A stretch of 64,000 nucleotides of DNA from a virus. Positions 48,403 to 58,429 of the stretch are shown piece by piece; position 1 is the first letter of the stretch; each line of letters begins with the position of its first letter. The DNA lies in IMG/VR virus record IMGVR_UViG_3300009448_000011, positions 32,001 through 96,000 of that record, one strand, 5' to 3'. The notes below the pieces were generated by a model that worked only from the letters and a program-made list of their open reading frames with translations, had not been told where the DNA came from and searched no databases. A program made the translations under genes and the position numbers.

Positions 48403-50992
48403 TTAAACAGATATTAAATCACTAAAAGCTTGCATATGTTCTTTGCGCATTGCTTTATATGCCTCAGACTTACCAATTTTGTAGGGTAGTTTTTTATTAT
48501 CTATTTTTTGTGCTTTACTAAATAGAGTAATCACACTTGTCACTAAAATTTCTTTACGAGGTAAATTATCTTCAATACTTCCTAATACATTAAATACATA
48601 ACATGCCGCTATAAATTCTTCTTCTGTTTTACAATACGACGGTAATGAATAACTTAATCCATATAAACCAGTTATTTTAGTAGGAAGAATATTTTTAATT
48701 AAGCGATCATCTTGGAGGACACCTAGACGAATATATTCAGACATAGGGGCAAGGCTAGCTAATTCTTCAATAACAAAAAAGAATTCATGAGCAGTAGCGG
48801 CGCCTAAAAGACCTGGTAAAATAATTTTTAATTGTTGTTCATCAGTAATTTTCTCCATAATATTGGAACATTTTTCCCATGAACGGCTAGAAGGATTAAT
48901 TTTATCATCATTATCTGCGACTGATTTAAAACCTTCGTCAAGAAATTCAGGACGAGCTCTTAAAAAAGCTTTAATAGAAGGAATAATAGGGCGGCCGTTT
49001 TCTGCGCGATGGGCTTCCCATTTTAACCAAGCATTTACAGAAGTCATTACGTCAAAATGAATAAAACGATCTGAGATAGCACTAGATAACTCATAGGCTA
49101 TAGCACCATCTTCTACTCTATTTCCTGCTGCAATAATCATTACATTATCAGGAACTTTATATTTATCAATTTTTCTATCTAATATTAATTCGTACATTAA
49201 TATACCTTTAATTTTCATTAAAGAACGGAATACATTTTAATCTTTACTATATTTATATAGTATTAAGACTTGGACACTCTAGGTAAAATTATAGTCTGTT
49301 TAACTTAAGACATCATTTACTACTCTCTACATTATTATTAAACATTACTTTAATAATTAACACGGGATTACCTTATAGTTTCCTACTTAGGTTTCCCCGT
49401 TAGCCTAATCTCTATTTGTTCTTTTTTGATTAAACCCTATTGACTTATTAAAACCAATACATTATAATATATTTAAATACACACACATTTACAAATAAGA
49501 AATTCAAGTGGACATACAAAGTTGTAAAAATCTTCAAGCATTAATTGATAAAGACAATAATATTGAACTCATAGAAATATGGGCTAATATATTGTATTTA
49601 AGAATGCGAAAAGGAAAAAACAAATTTTGTAGTAAAAAAAGAATAACTAATTTAAAAGAAGGTGTTTATTTAAATATCTATACTTTTTCTAAAAATGAAT
49701 ACAAACAATTACAGCAAAAATATCACCCTGACACCAGCTCAAAATATTTACACATTTCAAAAAGTCTTAATCAATGGAAAGATTTATTATCTAGATGTGA
49801 CTACAGAGTCCAAAATAGAAGCATATATCTTGACATTGCTGCAACATATTCCAACAACCCATCCATATTCTCTATTGAAAAATCAATTAGAATATTCAGT
49901 ATGGCAAAAGAGGCCCGACTTTTCGACGGACTACTCGAGGATACCGCAGAGTGGGCAGAAGGATGTGATGAAGCCTGGCTCGCTCAACAAAGAGCTGAGA
50001 GCCAATCTAGGTGGAAAGAATGGTCTAACTGGCAACGTGGTCGAGATAAAGAAGGAAATAAAATTAGAGACACTTATGACGGAACTCTTCCTTTTTAATA
50101 CAGAAGAAGAAGTATTTCTTGCTCCTCTCGGTAAAACTCACGATCAATTTCTAAAAGAAAATCCTATAGAAACTTCTTCATCTAAAATGTATATACTTGC
50201 CACTAAACTTCATGCACAAAAATTAGGATTTAAACTAAAAAGATTAAATATGACTTTTGTGGCGCCTCTTGTTTCTAACAAAGCATTACAATATGAACAA
50301 TATCATAACAAAGCTATTAAAAATATAGGAGGAATTGCAGTAGATTTAAAAGTATTTACCTTAGAACAATTCATTAATGAATTATTTACTTTAATTCCCG
50401 ACAGTAAATGGTACATAAAAGATAATCATATTCCTTTTATCGCCTTGTCAAAATCTAAAGTAGAAATATTACAAGAAAATAATTTAGCCGTTATAATGTA
50501 ATCATATTCATTTTTATTTAAATCTCTCTTATTGTGTTATTGCTTTAAGAGAGATTTTTATTTGGTACGCAATAGTTTGCCCAGTTTTACTTATATATTT
50601 CTATATAAGGTGCCTACGAATATTTAAGCACTTGCTTGTAAACGCGGTTCAGCCGCACTTAATTCATCTAGAAAAATAATACAACCTTCTTTACCCCAAC
50701 TAGCAATCATTTCTTCTGTTGGTAAAAATTCAGGTAAATAATAAATAGTTTTTTTACTTTCTTGATGTAGATAAGGAAGTCCTGTTAAATCAGTACTATC
50801 CATTCTAGTAAGTCTTAAATCAATTAGCCCCCAATTTAATTCTGTAGCTATTTGTCTTACAATATCAGATTTACCACAACCAGGTTGTCCATGTATATAT
50901 ACAGCATTTTTACGTAAGTCTGTATCTTTTGCCATTGTTAAAATACAATTTTTAATTAAATCAGGCGTAGTGGGAATAGTATTAATTGTCAT
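48403..50992 (-). CDS. MoxR-type AAA+ ATPase; 2 exons 50992-50627 and 49194-48403 (385 aa)
   Basis: GQPGCGKS, DLTGLP, FLDELSAA, QASA|YELILDR after splicing, AAGN, DRF. Confidence 0.9.
49440..49468 (+). promoter_or_regulatory. Sigma70-type promoter of cassette copy 4
   Basis: TTGACT-N17-TATAAT. Confidence 0.75.
49508..50098 (+). CDS. Cassette copy 4 ORF A (J-domain-like)
   Basis: YKQLQQKYHPD; ends DGTLPF; GTG start. Confidence 0.75.
   Translation: MDIQSCKNLQALIDKDNNIELIEIWANILYLRMRKGKNKFCSKKRITNLKEGVYLNIYTFSKNEYKQLQQKYHPDTSSKYLHISKSLNQWKDLLSRCDYRVQNRSIYLDIAATYSNNPSIFSIEKSIRIFSMAKEARLFDGLLEDTAEWAEGCDEAWLAQQRAESQSRWKEWSNWQRGRDKEGNKIRDTYDGTLPF
49695..50501 (+). CDS. Cassette copy 4 ORF B (PD-(D/E)xK endonuclease)
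   Basis: KRPDFST...VVEIK. Confidence 0.75.
   Translation: MNTNNYSKNITLTPAQNIYTFQKVLINGKIYYLDVTTESKIEAYILTLLQHIPTTHPYSLLKNQLEYSVWQKRPDFSTDYSRIPQSGQKDVMKPGSLNKELRANLGGKNGLTGNVVEIKKEIKLETLMTELFLFNTEEEVFLAPLGKTHDQFLKENPIETSSSKMYILATKLHAQKLGFKLKRLNMTFVAPLVSNKALQYEQYHNKAIKNIGGIAVDLKVFTLEQFINELFTLIPDSKWYIKDNHIPFIALSKSKVEILQENNLAVIM
50520..50563 (+). terminator. Hairpin and T-tract after copy 4
   Basis: aaatctctctta/taagagagattt followed by ttattt. Confidence 0.6.
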
Positions 50993-51043
50993 GTTTTTTC
51001 CTATATAAAAAATTAAATCAATTATTTTTCCAAAAGAAGACTT

Positions 51044-51235
51044 TCAGTTTGACTGATGAGATGAATTTTGGTTAAGAATAGTAGAAGCAATAAGATAAAT
51101 ATCCTTGCCAATAGCGACAGGCTTCCCATGCCACTTAGTGACCAAAGCTTGCATTAAACTTTCATTAAGAATTAACGTTAATTCTAATTTAAGTAATTCA
51201 GAAGGTTGAATGTTTTTTTGATTTTGAAATGTCAT
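51044..51235 (-). CDS. Small hypothetical protein
   Basis: 63 aa, coupled to the ligase stop. Confidence 0.4.
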   Translation of the reverse strand: MTFQNQKNIQPSELLKLELTLILNESLMQALVTKWHGKPVAIGKDIYLIASTILNQNSSHQSN

Positions 51236-52401
51236 AATTTTTTTTCAGTTTTATACAAAATTTTCACAATAGGAAATCTCAAACTTCCTTCAGGGGTTTT
51301 CCCAAAAAATTTAACGGTAACAATTCCCCCAATATATTGTTCTTTTTCTTCTAGAACTTTTCTACAAAAATCCCAAGAACCCGCCATATTGGGGTAGACT
51401 AGTATGTCATTAACAGAAATCATAATTTTCGCAGCCATACCCGCATTATTGCCGTCGCCTTCAATGATATCCAAAATAGTAAATTCGGCATCTTGAAATT
51501 GTTTAACTTTAAGCAAATCTTTTGTTCTTGTATTTTGTTGATATTTAGCATTTATTTTTCTCAAGATTGCGCCTTCATAGCCTTGTTGTACAAATTTATT
51601 ATGCATTCTAGTAACTTCTGTTAAATCTTTAACATAAGAACCCTCAAGTAAAACAACAGAAGAAGGAAATTCTAAAGATAAATTATTTAATAAAAGAGCT
51701 CGTTCTTTATATATAGAATGATTAATAAGATCATAAACAAAAAAAGAAATACTTTTTCTAATTAATTGTTGTTCAGTATTATCTTGTTTTAATTCTCTTC
51801 TAATTGTGCCTGAGATAACATCAAAACCCAGAGTGTGATTATATAATTCTCCATCTAAAATTACATGAGGATATGTATTAAAAAATTGCTGCATAGGTTG
51901 TGTAATATGAGGTGCCCCTAAAATCAAAGCACCGTTTCTACTATATGCGCCATCTTTAGAAAGAATCATTCTAATGCCATCAAGTTTTCTTTGAATTATT
52001 ATTCCGTCTCTAAACTCAGTAGTAGAAGGAATATTATTTTTAATTTTAGAGTTTTTAGACTCTGGATTAAAAGTTTCAGAATAATAAGTCGCGGCCAACA
52101 TAGGTTTTATAAATGTAGGTTTATATAAATCATTTTTAGAGATAACATAAGAACCTTTAGAGGTTTTATGGTTATATTTAGCTTTTATTTCTTTTGAAGC
52201 TTGTTGAAATGAATTAAGAGCATTTTTTTTACCTGTGTTTGTAGCAATAGCAGTAGTCCATGCACTAATAGTGTATTGTCCTAATTCGAGACCACTAACT
52301 GTTCTATAACGTTCTCCTTCTTGTTCAACAAACCATTCTAATATTTTTCCTGAAAGATTCAGTTTGTATAAAACAGGATGCACTAAGTTAACAATATTCA
52401 T
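51232..52401 (-). CDS. ATP-dependent DNA ligase
   Basis: PMLA, KLDGIR, LDGELY, YEGAILR, LLKVK, LRFP. Confidence 0.93.
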   Translation of the reverse strand: MNIVNLVHPVLYKLNLSGKILEWFVEQEGERYRTVSGLELGQYTISAWTTAIATNTGKKNALNSFQQASKEIKAKYNHKTSKGSYVISKNDLYKPTFIKPMLAATYYSETFNPESKNSKIKNNIPSTTEFRDGIIIQRKLDGIRMILSKDGAYSRNGALILGAPHITQPMQQFFNTYPHVILDGELYNHTLGFDVISGTIRRELKQDNTEQQLIRKSISFFVYDLINHSIYKERALLLNNLSLEFPSSVVLLEGSYVKDLTEVTRMHNKFVQQGYEGAILRKINAKYQQNTRTKDLLKVKQFQDAEFTILDIIEGDGNNAGMAAKIMISVNDILVYPNMAGSWDFCRKVLEEKEQYIGGIVTVKFFGKTPEGSLRFPIVKILYKTEKKL

Positions 52402-52424
52402 TTTAAGTTTTTTTCAGTTAAGTT

Positions 52425-52456
52425 AAAAAAACATTCCACTTAATTTTAAGTGGAAT
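52425..52456 (-). terminator. Intrinsic terminator candidate
   Basis: attccactta/taagtggaat hairpin followed by a T-tract on the minus strand. Confidence 0.55.
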
Positions 52457-52482
52457 ATCTACATTTATAATTAATTAATTAA

Positions 52483-52776
52483 TTAATTATAAGAAATAAT
52501 TTTGGAATCAAGGTTTGTAATTAAATTAATAGCTACTACTGTTTTAAATTCAGTTTGTAGTTCTATTTGCATAAAATAATCAATAGATTCATTTAAACAC
52601 TTAAATTGATAGCACCACATAGTAGCATTATTAATTATGTGTGATTTAGTAGAAAGACAAAACCAATTATCTTCGTGAGTCAAAAGTTGAAAAAGATGGG
52701 GAGAAATGTGAAGGCCGCCCATTTTATAAGTAGCCTTAATAGTAGAAGTAATAATATATTTTAATTCTTCTTTCAT
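52483..52776 (-). CDS. Hypothetical protein
   Basis: 97 aa ORF. Confidence 0.45.
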   Translation of the reverse strand: MKEELKYIITSTIKATYKMGGLHISPHLFQLLTHEDNWFCLSTKSHIINNATMWCYQFKCLNESIDYFMQIELQTEFKTVVAINLITNLDSKIISYN

Positions 52777-52804
52777 TAATTAATTAATTAAATCAGGGGG
52801 TGTA

Positions 52805-55762
52805 TTAAGCTTCACAAGAAGAACATTCTTGAAAAGAAGAAGTAACAGGAGAAAGAGAAGGAACAGAGTTTAGAGAAGAAGTGTTATAAGATTTATTATT
52901 ATTAATATTAGTAAATTCTAATAAATCATGATAGCCGCCAATAAAATGACCTTCTAGCCAAATTTGAGGAACAGTGTTCCAAGTAAAATGTGTAACAGTA
53001 TCAAGAGAATACTCAGAATAAGAAATACCTAAAGTAGTAAATAATTCTTTTGCTTTAGTACAATAAATACAATCAGGTTTAGTAATAATATGTGCTTTAT
53101 TTTTTACTTTATCAATTATTTTTTCACTAGAAGATTTAGTATAGTAAGTACTTTTAACACCACTTTTCCAGGTTTTAAAAATCAAATCATTTAGTTTTTT
53201 AATAGGAATATTAGGATGAACAAATCTATTAAGAGATTGACCTTGATCAATATAAGGAGTTCTATCTGCGGCTTGAATAAGAAGAGCTTCAGGATCTATT
53301 TCGCGAGCAGTAGCAAATAATAGTTTTTCATTAATGTCTAAAAAGTCTAAATGAAAAACAGAGCCATTATGATAAAGAATACTATCCCAAACTTCATAAG
53401 TATTTTTATTTTTAGTTTCTAATAAAGCTTCAAGCATATGATTTTTTCTAATAAAAGAACCTTTGGCTTGTTTTGCAGTATAACTATTACTATCACTAGG
53501 TTCTATACCAGGACTATGAGCGCCACTAATTACACAATTAGTTCTAGTAGGAGCGGTTGCTCTTAATAAGGAATGACGCATTTTTGTGCCTTCAGACCAT
53601 TCACATCCCCCATACTCTAGGTACATATCCCTACTAGCTTTTTCAGTTAATTGTTTAATATATTTATGTATTTCTATATTAAGATTTCTACTATCAAAAG
53701 AATGAAAAGGAAGATTTTTCTGTTGATATAAATAAGCTAAACCCATAGTACCAATACCTAATGCGCGACCTTTTTGAGCACTACGAACAGCATTAGCTAA
53801 GCCTGGTTCTTTACTACCCCTAAAAATAAAATCATCCATAACAGCATCTAATAAATATACTGCTAATTCAGGTACAGTTTTATTTGTATTTTGAGATTTA
53901 TAATCTTTCCAATCTTCCCATAAAGATAAATTTAAAGAACATAAACAACATACAAAAGTATGGAGAGGGTCTGCGTATTCTAAAATCTCGGCACAATTTC
54001 CCACTAAAATACCGTTAAACATACCTAAATTTCTTAAAGGTTCTGTAAAACAATAAGTATCCTCTGTATATGAAAGATGTTCAACTTTTTTTATTTTAAT
54101 AAATTGAGTTGCCTCTCGATTAGCTTTGCTACTCTTAATGCATAATCTATGGCAATTTAAACCTAGCTTTAATAAAGTCTCTACTCCAGAAGAAGCTATA
54201 ACAAGTCTATAACATTCTTTACAATTAAATTCACGTAAAAGACCTGTACCATTATTTGCAGGCAAGAAGTAGATTCCTTCTGTTTTATTTTTAGTTATTT
54301 TGGAATAAACCCCTAACATTTGAAGAAACAATTGTACTTCTTTTATAAAAGGTAAATTTATAGAAGTTATTTGTAAACCCTGAGTATTGTATTGTTTATT
54401 AGTTAATAAACAACCATCTGAGTCTAAAAGTCCTGCAAACCAATCTAATCTACTTTGTAAACTATACGTTACATTAGGGATAAAAAATTTAGAAAATAAA
54501 GTAGTATAATTTCCTACTAATCTATCAGAACATTTTGACTCAGTAAACTTACAAGTAAATAAGTGGGCTAATTTTTTCTTTTTTCCGTATAAATAAATTT
54601 GTTGTTTATTTTTTACTTTAGTACCGTCTCCAGTATAAAAGCCATTAGCATACGCATTTTCTAAAATTTTGTCACCTTGTTGTAATAAAGGCAACTCAAA
54701 TTTTATTAATTTATCATTTACTAATAAATCTTGTGCGTCTTTAATTACAATATTTTTTTTAGAGCCTGAGTGCAAATGAAATTTATGGTAAGGAGTACAA
54801 ATTAGTTCTTGTCCAGAATCAGTAGTAATTTTCAATAAAGATTGATTAACTCCTGTTTTGTACACAGTAGTTTGAGAAAATACTTCTCCATTCCAAACTT
54901 CAATTGTCTTATTTTCTAATTCTTTAATAGGAATATGCCCTTCACTAGTTAATATTTTTGTATCACCTACTACGCATAAGTTAGAAGTTTTAATAAATAA
55001 ATTATGTAATTTATAGGCTTCACTTCTTTGATTATTAACATTATCAATAAACAATAAATAGGGAGTTCCTACTTTTAGATTCATTTCTAATGTTTTGCCC
55101 CAAATCTTATGGGCTTTCTCATCTCCTGCTAACACTTTTTGCATAAAAGCATCTGTAATAGTAAAAGCAATATTGCTATCTAACATATTACGAGGATCTC
55201 CTTCCAAATGATCTTTTGCTAATAAAAAATCATAAGCATCTGGATGTTCTATTGGAATATAATGCGCAAATGATCCTCTACGTGTATTTCCTTGTGATAC
55301 TGAACTAGAACAAAGATCAAATTGTTTAGCCCAAGTTAAAACAGAACCACTAGTACCATTATTTTTACCTATAGGACTACCGGCGGGTCTAAGATCACCA
55401 TAATATAAACCATGACCGCCCCCTGCTTTAGAAAGAAGAGCAGCTTCTCGTAAAGATTTATAAATACCGTCAACACTATCGGAAATGACTGCGCTAAAAC
55501 AAGAAATAGCTTGGCCTTTATTAGTGCCAAAATTAGAAGCAACAGGAGTAGAAAGACCTATATAAGCTTTATAAAGAACATCAAAAAAATCTTGCTGAAG
55601 TTCAGGTTTATTAAGATATTTAGCAGCAGTATGAGCTACTCTAAGATAAAGATCGCGAGGACATTCACCGGGTAATAAATAACCTGCTTCAAGTGTACGA
55701 AGTCCTTCGTCACTTAACCAGTGAGGACAAGGAGCATAAGAACTTACATTTAATTTTTCCAT
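52805..55762 (-). CDS. nrdA: Class I ribonucleotide reductase alpha subunit with intein and internal glutaredoxin domain
   Basis: STPVASN, ISCF, RRG, SNL|CAEI, VCCL, APT, DQGQS, YY, CIYC Grx domain, terminal CSSCEA. Confidence 0.95.
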   Translation of the reverse strand: MEKLNVSSYAPCPHWLSDEGLRTLEAGYLLPGECPRDLYLRVAHTAAKYLNKPELQQDFFDVLYKAYIGLSTPVASNFGTNKGQAISCFSAVISDSVDGIYKSLREAALLSKAGGGHGLYYGDLRPAGSPIGKNNGTSGSVLTWAKQFDLCSSSVSQGNTRRGSFAHYIPIEHPDAYDFLLAKDHLEGDPRNMLDSNIAFTITDAFMQKVLAGDEKAHKIWGKTLEMNLKVGTPYLLFIDNVNNQRSEAYKLHNLFIKTSNLCVVGDTKILTSEGHIPIKELENKTIEVWNGEVFSQTTVYKTGVNQSLLKITTDSGQELICTPYHKFHLHSGSKKNIVIKDAQDLLVNDKLIKFELPLLQQGDKILENAYANGFYTGDGTKVKNKQQIYLYGKKKKLAHLFTCKFTESKCSDRLVGNYTTLFSKFFIPNVTYSLQSRLDWFAGLLDSDGCLLTNKQYNTQGLQITSINLPFIKEVQLFLQMLGVYSKITKNKTEGIYFLPANNGTGLLREFNCKECYRLVIASSGVETLLKLGLNCHRLCIKSSKANREATQFIKIKKVEHLSYTEDTYCFTEPLRNLGMFNGILVGNCAEILEYADPLHTFVCCLCSLNLSLWEDWKDYKSQNTNKTVPELAVYLLDAVMDDFIFRGSKEPGLANAVRSAQKGRALGIGTMGLAYLYQQKNLPFHSFDSRNLNIEIHKYIKQLTEKASRDMYLEYGGCEWSEGTKMRHSLLRATAPTRTNCVISGAHSPGIEPSDSNSYTAKQAKGSFIRKNHMLEALLETKNKNTYEVWDSILYHNGSVFHLDFLDINEKLLFATAREIDPEALLIQAADRTPYIDQGQSLNRFVHPNIPIKKLNDLIFKTWKSGVKSTYYTKSSSEKIIDKVKNKAHIITKPDCIYCTKAKELFTTLGISYSEYSLDTVTHFTWNTVPQIWLEGHFIGGYHDLLEFTNINNNKSYNTSSLNSVPSLSPVTSSFQECSSCEA
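53996..54976 (-). mobile_element. Intein (327 aa) with LAGLIDADG endonuclease
   Basis: CVVGDT...CTPYHKF...GFYTGDG / AGLLDSDG...LVGN|C; inserted at the catalytic NLC. Confidence 0.92.
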
Positions 55763-56788
55763 TTATTTTACAAAAGTAGAATGTTTTTGATTAGCCCAAT
55801 TAAAGTCAACGTTACTATAATTAAAATTATTAAAATCTTGTTTTAAAAGACTAGTATAATTATCACCATTGATTGCTTGCGCAAAAAAGTCGTGTGAAGA
55901 TTGTCCAATTACTTCATTTAAAAACCAATTAGAAATATTGTACGCTCTTTTATCAAAACTAAAAATAGGCGTTAATCCTAATGCTTCTAATCTATTATTA
56001 GCCCTTAGATACATGTATTGTTTTAAATCTTCACTATTAATAAAAGGTAAAAGTCTATTGTTAAATATTTGATTAATAAAATTAAATTCATTATCTAATA
56101 CAGTTCTAAACCCTTCATATATTAATTCTTCTTCTTCTTCTGTTATTCCTTTTTCTAATACTAAATCTTTGAATAATGCACAACCCATATCACTATGTGT
56201 CATTTCATCAGATATACTCCAACTAATAATTTGAGCTAATCCTTTATATCTTCCATTACGAGATAAAGATAACAGAACTGCAAAACTAGAAAATAAAGCG
56301 ACGCCTTCTCCCGCACCACTAAATACTGCAAGAGATACTAATTTATTAGGATGCTCTACAAAATATTCTATTTTTGTTTTAGTCGTAGGATCATCAAGAA
56401 ACGCATTATAATCATTTAATCCTAAACAATCACTTAAATGAGAATATGCCTGACTATGGATAACTTCAAAAAAAGCAAAAGCTCTACACGCCGCTACAAT
56501 CTCGTGTTTAGGAAATATTTTAGGCACTATGTCTGACCAATAATCCCCTATTCGTGTTTCTAAAATAGTAAACCCTTTTAAAATACCTTGAATAATTTCT
56601 TGTTCTTCTATACTCCCTGTTTGATAATTAAGAATATCACTATTCATGTCTACTGTTTCTACACGCCATACCGTAGATAACGCTTGTTTAAAATACTCAA
56701 AATATTTGGGATGTGAAAACGGTTTATACGCAACCCTAAGGTCTTGTATTCCTAAATTATAAGTATTGTTTATTTCTATATGTGACAT
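55763..56788 (-). CDS. nrdB: Class I ribonucleotide reductase beta subunit
   Basis: EVIHSQAY, EGVALFSSF, DEMTH, DFF. Confidence 0.93.
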   Translation of the reverse strand: MSHIEINNTYNLGIQDLRVAYKPFSHPKYFEYFKQALSTVWRVETVDMNSDILNYQTGSIEEQEIIQGILKGFTILETRIGDYWSDIVPKIFPKHEIVAACRAFAFFEVIHSQAYSHLSDCLGLNDYNAFLDDPTTKTKIEYFVEHPNKLVSLAVFSGAGEGVALFSSFAVLLSLSRNGRYKGLAQIISWSISDEMTHSDMGCALFKDLVLEKGITEEEEELIYEGFRTVLDNEFNFINQIFNNRLLPFINSEDLKQYMYLRANNRLEALGLTPIFSFDKRAYNISNWFLNEVIGQSSHDFFAQAINGDNYTSLLKQDFNNFNYSNVDFNWANQKHSTFVK

Positions 56789-56838
56789 TTAATCTTTCTA
56801 TTTTAATTTTTTATTAATCAATTTAACTTTTGACATCA

Positions 56839-57372
56839 TTAATTATACTTTTCTGTATACGTTAATATTTCACTCAAATACTCATTATCCCCCACTATAT
56901 CGTAATATTTTAGTGAAGGGTTTGTAATATGAGGTACTACGTCTCCACTAAAAGAACCAAAAATATCATAAATTTCTAAATTAGGGCCGGGATCGGAGGC
57001 AACAAATTGAAATAAATAACTAGAACAATATGCATGTTGTTCGTTATTTATTATTAACACTTTATTGTAATAGTCTTGTGTATTTTCAGTAATACGTACT
57101 ATAGCAAAAGGTAGATTTTCAAATAGAATAGTAACAAGATAAGCATAAGTGATTTCTTTAAAAGGTTCTAGGGGGCGTTTAATCAAATGTTGATTTAACC
57201 ATTTAATTTTTACTTTATTTTGATTTTTTAAATTAGTTTTTGTAGTAATATTAGGCGCCCCTGAAATACCTAATCCTGCAAACAAATCTGTATATTGTCC
57301 TATATAACTATTAATATTAGTATTAGAGTTAGTAGTAAGCAATATTTGGGCCAAGTAATCATTAATATTCAT
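56839..57372 (-). CDS. Hypothetical protein
   Basis: 177 aa ORF. Confidence 0.5.
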   Translation of the reverse strand: MNINDYLAQILLTTNSNTNINSYIGQYTDLFAGLGISGAPNITTKTNLKNQNKVKIKWLNQHLIKRPLEPFKEITYAYLVTILFENLPFAIVRITENTQDYYNKVLIINNEQHAYCSSYLFQFVASDPGPNLEIYDIFGSFSGDVVPHITNPSLKYYDIVGDNEYLSEILTYTEKYN

Positions 57373-57791
57373 TATGAATATAATTCATCTATTAATTGTA
57401 ATTTATTTTTCCAGGATAATAAATTACCTGAGTCAATTAAGTTCAAATTTACTTTTAATAATTTAAATAAAGAATCTTGATTATGAAACGTCATGTCATA
57501 ATAAATTTCTGTATCCATATTTTTTAAAACAGGCTCTATTTCTAGTTCTTTTTCTAAATAAATAAAAATATTAGGTTTAACTGTTATTTTATTTTGGATA
57601 TATAAAAAATTAGTATTATTGAAGATTTCTTGGGCACTATAGACACAGATTCTATATTCAAAAGGAAAGGTCCAAATTCCTGATTTTAAGAAAAAATTAT
57701 TACTATCAGGATTATTAGAACTAGTATTAAAACATAAACCATCAGTATAAACTGTAACATCTACTCCATTAATAGGAAAACTAATACTCAT
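57372..57791 (-). CDS. Hypothetical protein
   Basis: 139 aa ORF. Confidence 0.5.
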   Translation of the reverse strand: MSISFPINGVDVTVYTDGLCFNTSSNNPDSNNFFLKSGIWTFPFEYRICVYSAQEIFNNTNFLYIQNKITVKPNIFIYLEKELEIEPVLKNMDTEIYYDMTFHNQDSLFKLLKVNLNLIDSGNLLSWKNKLQLIDELYS

Positions 57792-57829
57792 GTGAAAAGT
57801 TTTTTTTTGTATATAATCGACGTGTTAAT

Positions 57830-58429
57830 TTAAACATATTTTAAATTAATTTCTTTTAATTGTTCAAAAGTAACAGGTCTATAATTTACAATTTCTACAC
57901 AACTATTTAAATATCGCATGTCTTTTTTATGTTCCTTTTTAATATGATAATCATGAGTATGTCCCGCTATATTATAATCAAACCTAACTTTTCCTTCTAA
58001 ATGTATTTGAGGGCCTAAAAAACTAGGATGGATAGGAACATGTGATAAAATACATTTAATTTTAGGTAAATATAATACTCCGTATATTTTATCAAAACAC
58101 TCTATGTATGTATTAATATCACTCTTATTATCATGATTTCCCATAATTAAATGTTTTGATCCTTTTTTCATATATTTTAAAATCTGAGGCCCCCTTTTTT
58201 TATCTAACCAAACATCTCCTAAAAAGTATACAATATCGTTATCTTTAACAATAGAATTGTAATTATCTACCATTACTTTTTCACATGCGTACATAGAACT
58301 AAATGAACGCATATTTCTATCACCATCTGCAGAAGGAAATTTATATGCATTGGAGTGTCCCAAATGAAGATCTCCCCAAAAGTAAATATTTCTAATCATA
58401 TTTTTAAATCCCTGTATATTAATTGTCAC
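57830..58429 (-). CDS. Calcineurin-like metallophosphoesterase
   Basis: GDLHLGH, LGD, GNHD, SHVP, GHTH. Confidence 0.9.
   Translation of the reverse strand: MTINIQGFKNMIRNIYFWGDLHLGHSNAYKFPSADGDRNMRSFSSMYACEKVMVDNYNSIVKDNDIVYFLGDVWLDKKRGPQILKYMKKGSKHLIMGNHDNKSDINTYIECFDKIYGVLYLPKIKCILSHVPIHPSFLGPQIHLEGKVRFDYNIAGHTHDYHIKKEHKKDMRYLNSCVEIVNYRPVTFEQLKEINLKYV

Larger units (their letters stand above)
49195..50626 (-). mobile_element. Group I intron in the MoxR gene (1432 nt)
   Basis: P1 GUGCU/GGCAC; P AACGGGGAAA and Q AAUCCCGU; P7 G(A)GAGUA/UAUUCC; P3 UGGGCA/UGUCCA; P9 CUUUAAU-GAAA-AUUAAAG; terminal G. Confidence 0.88.

Noticed and set aside
52466-52792. (TTAA)n runs flanking ORF 52483..52776
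   Set aside because: Could hint at an insertion, but such runs are expected in very AT-rich DNA and there is no other mobility evidence.
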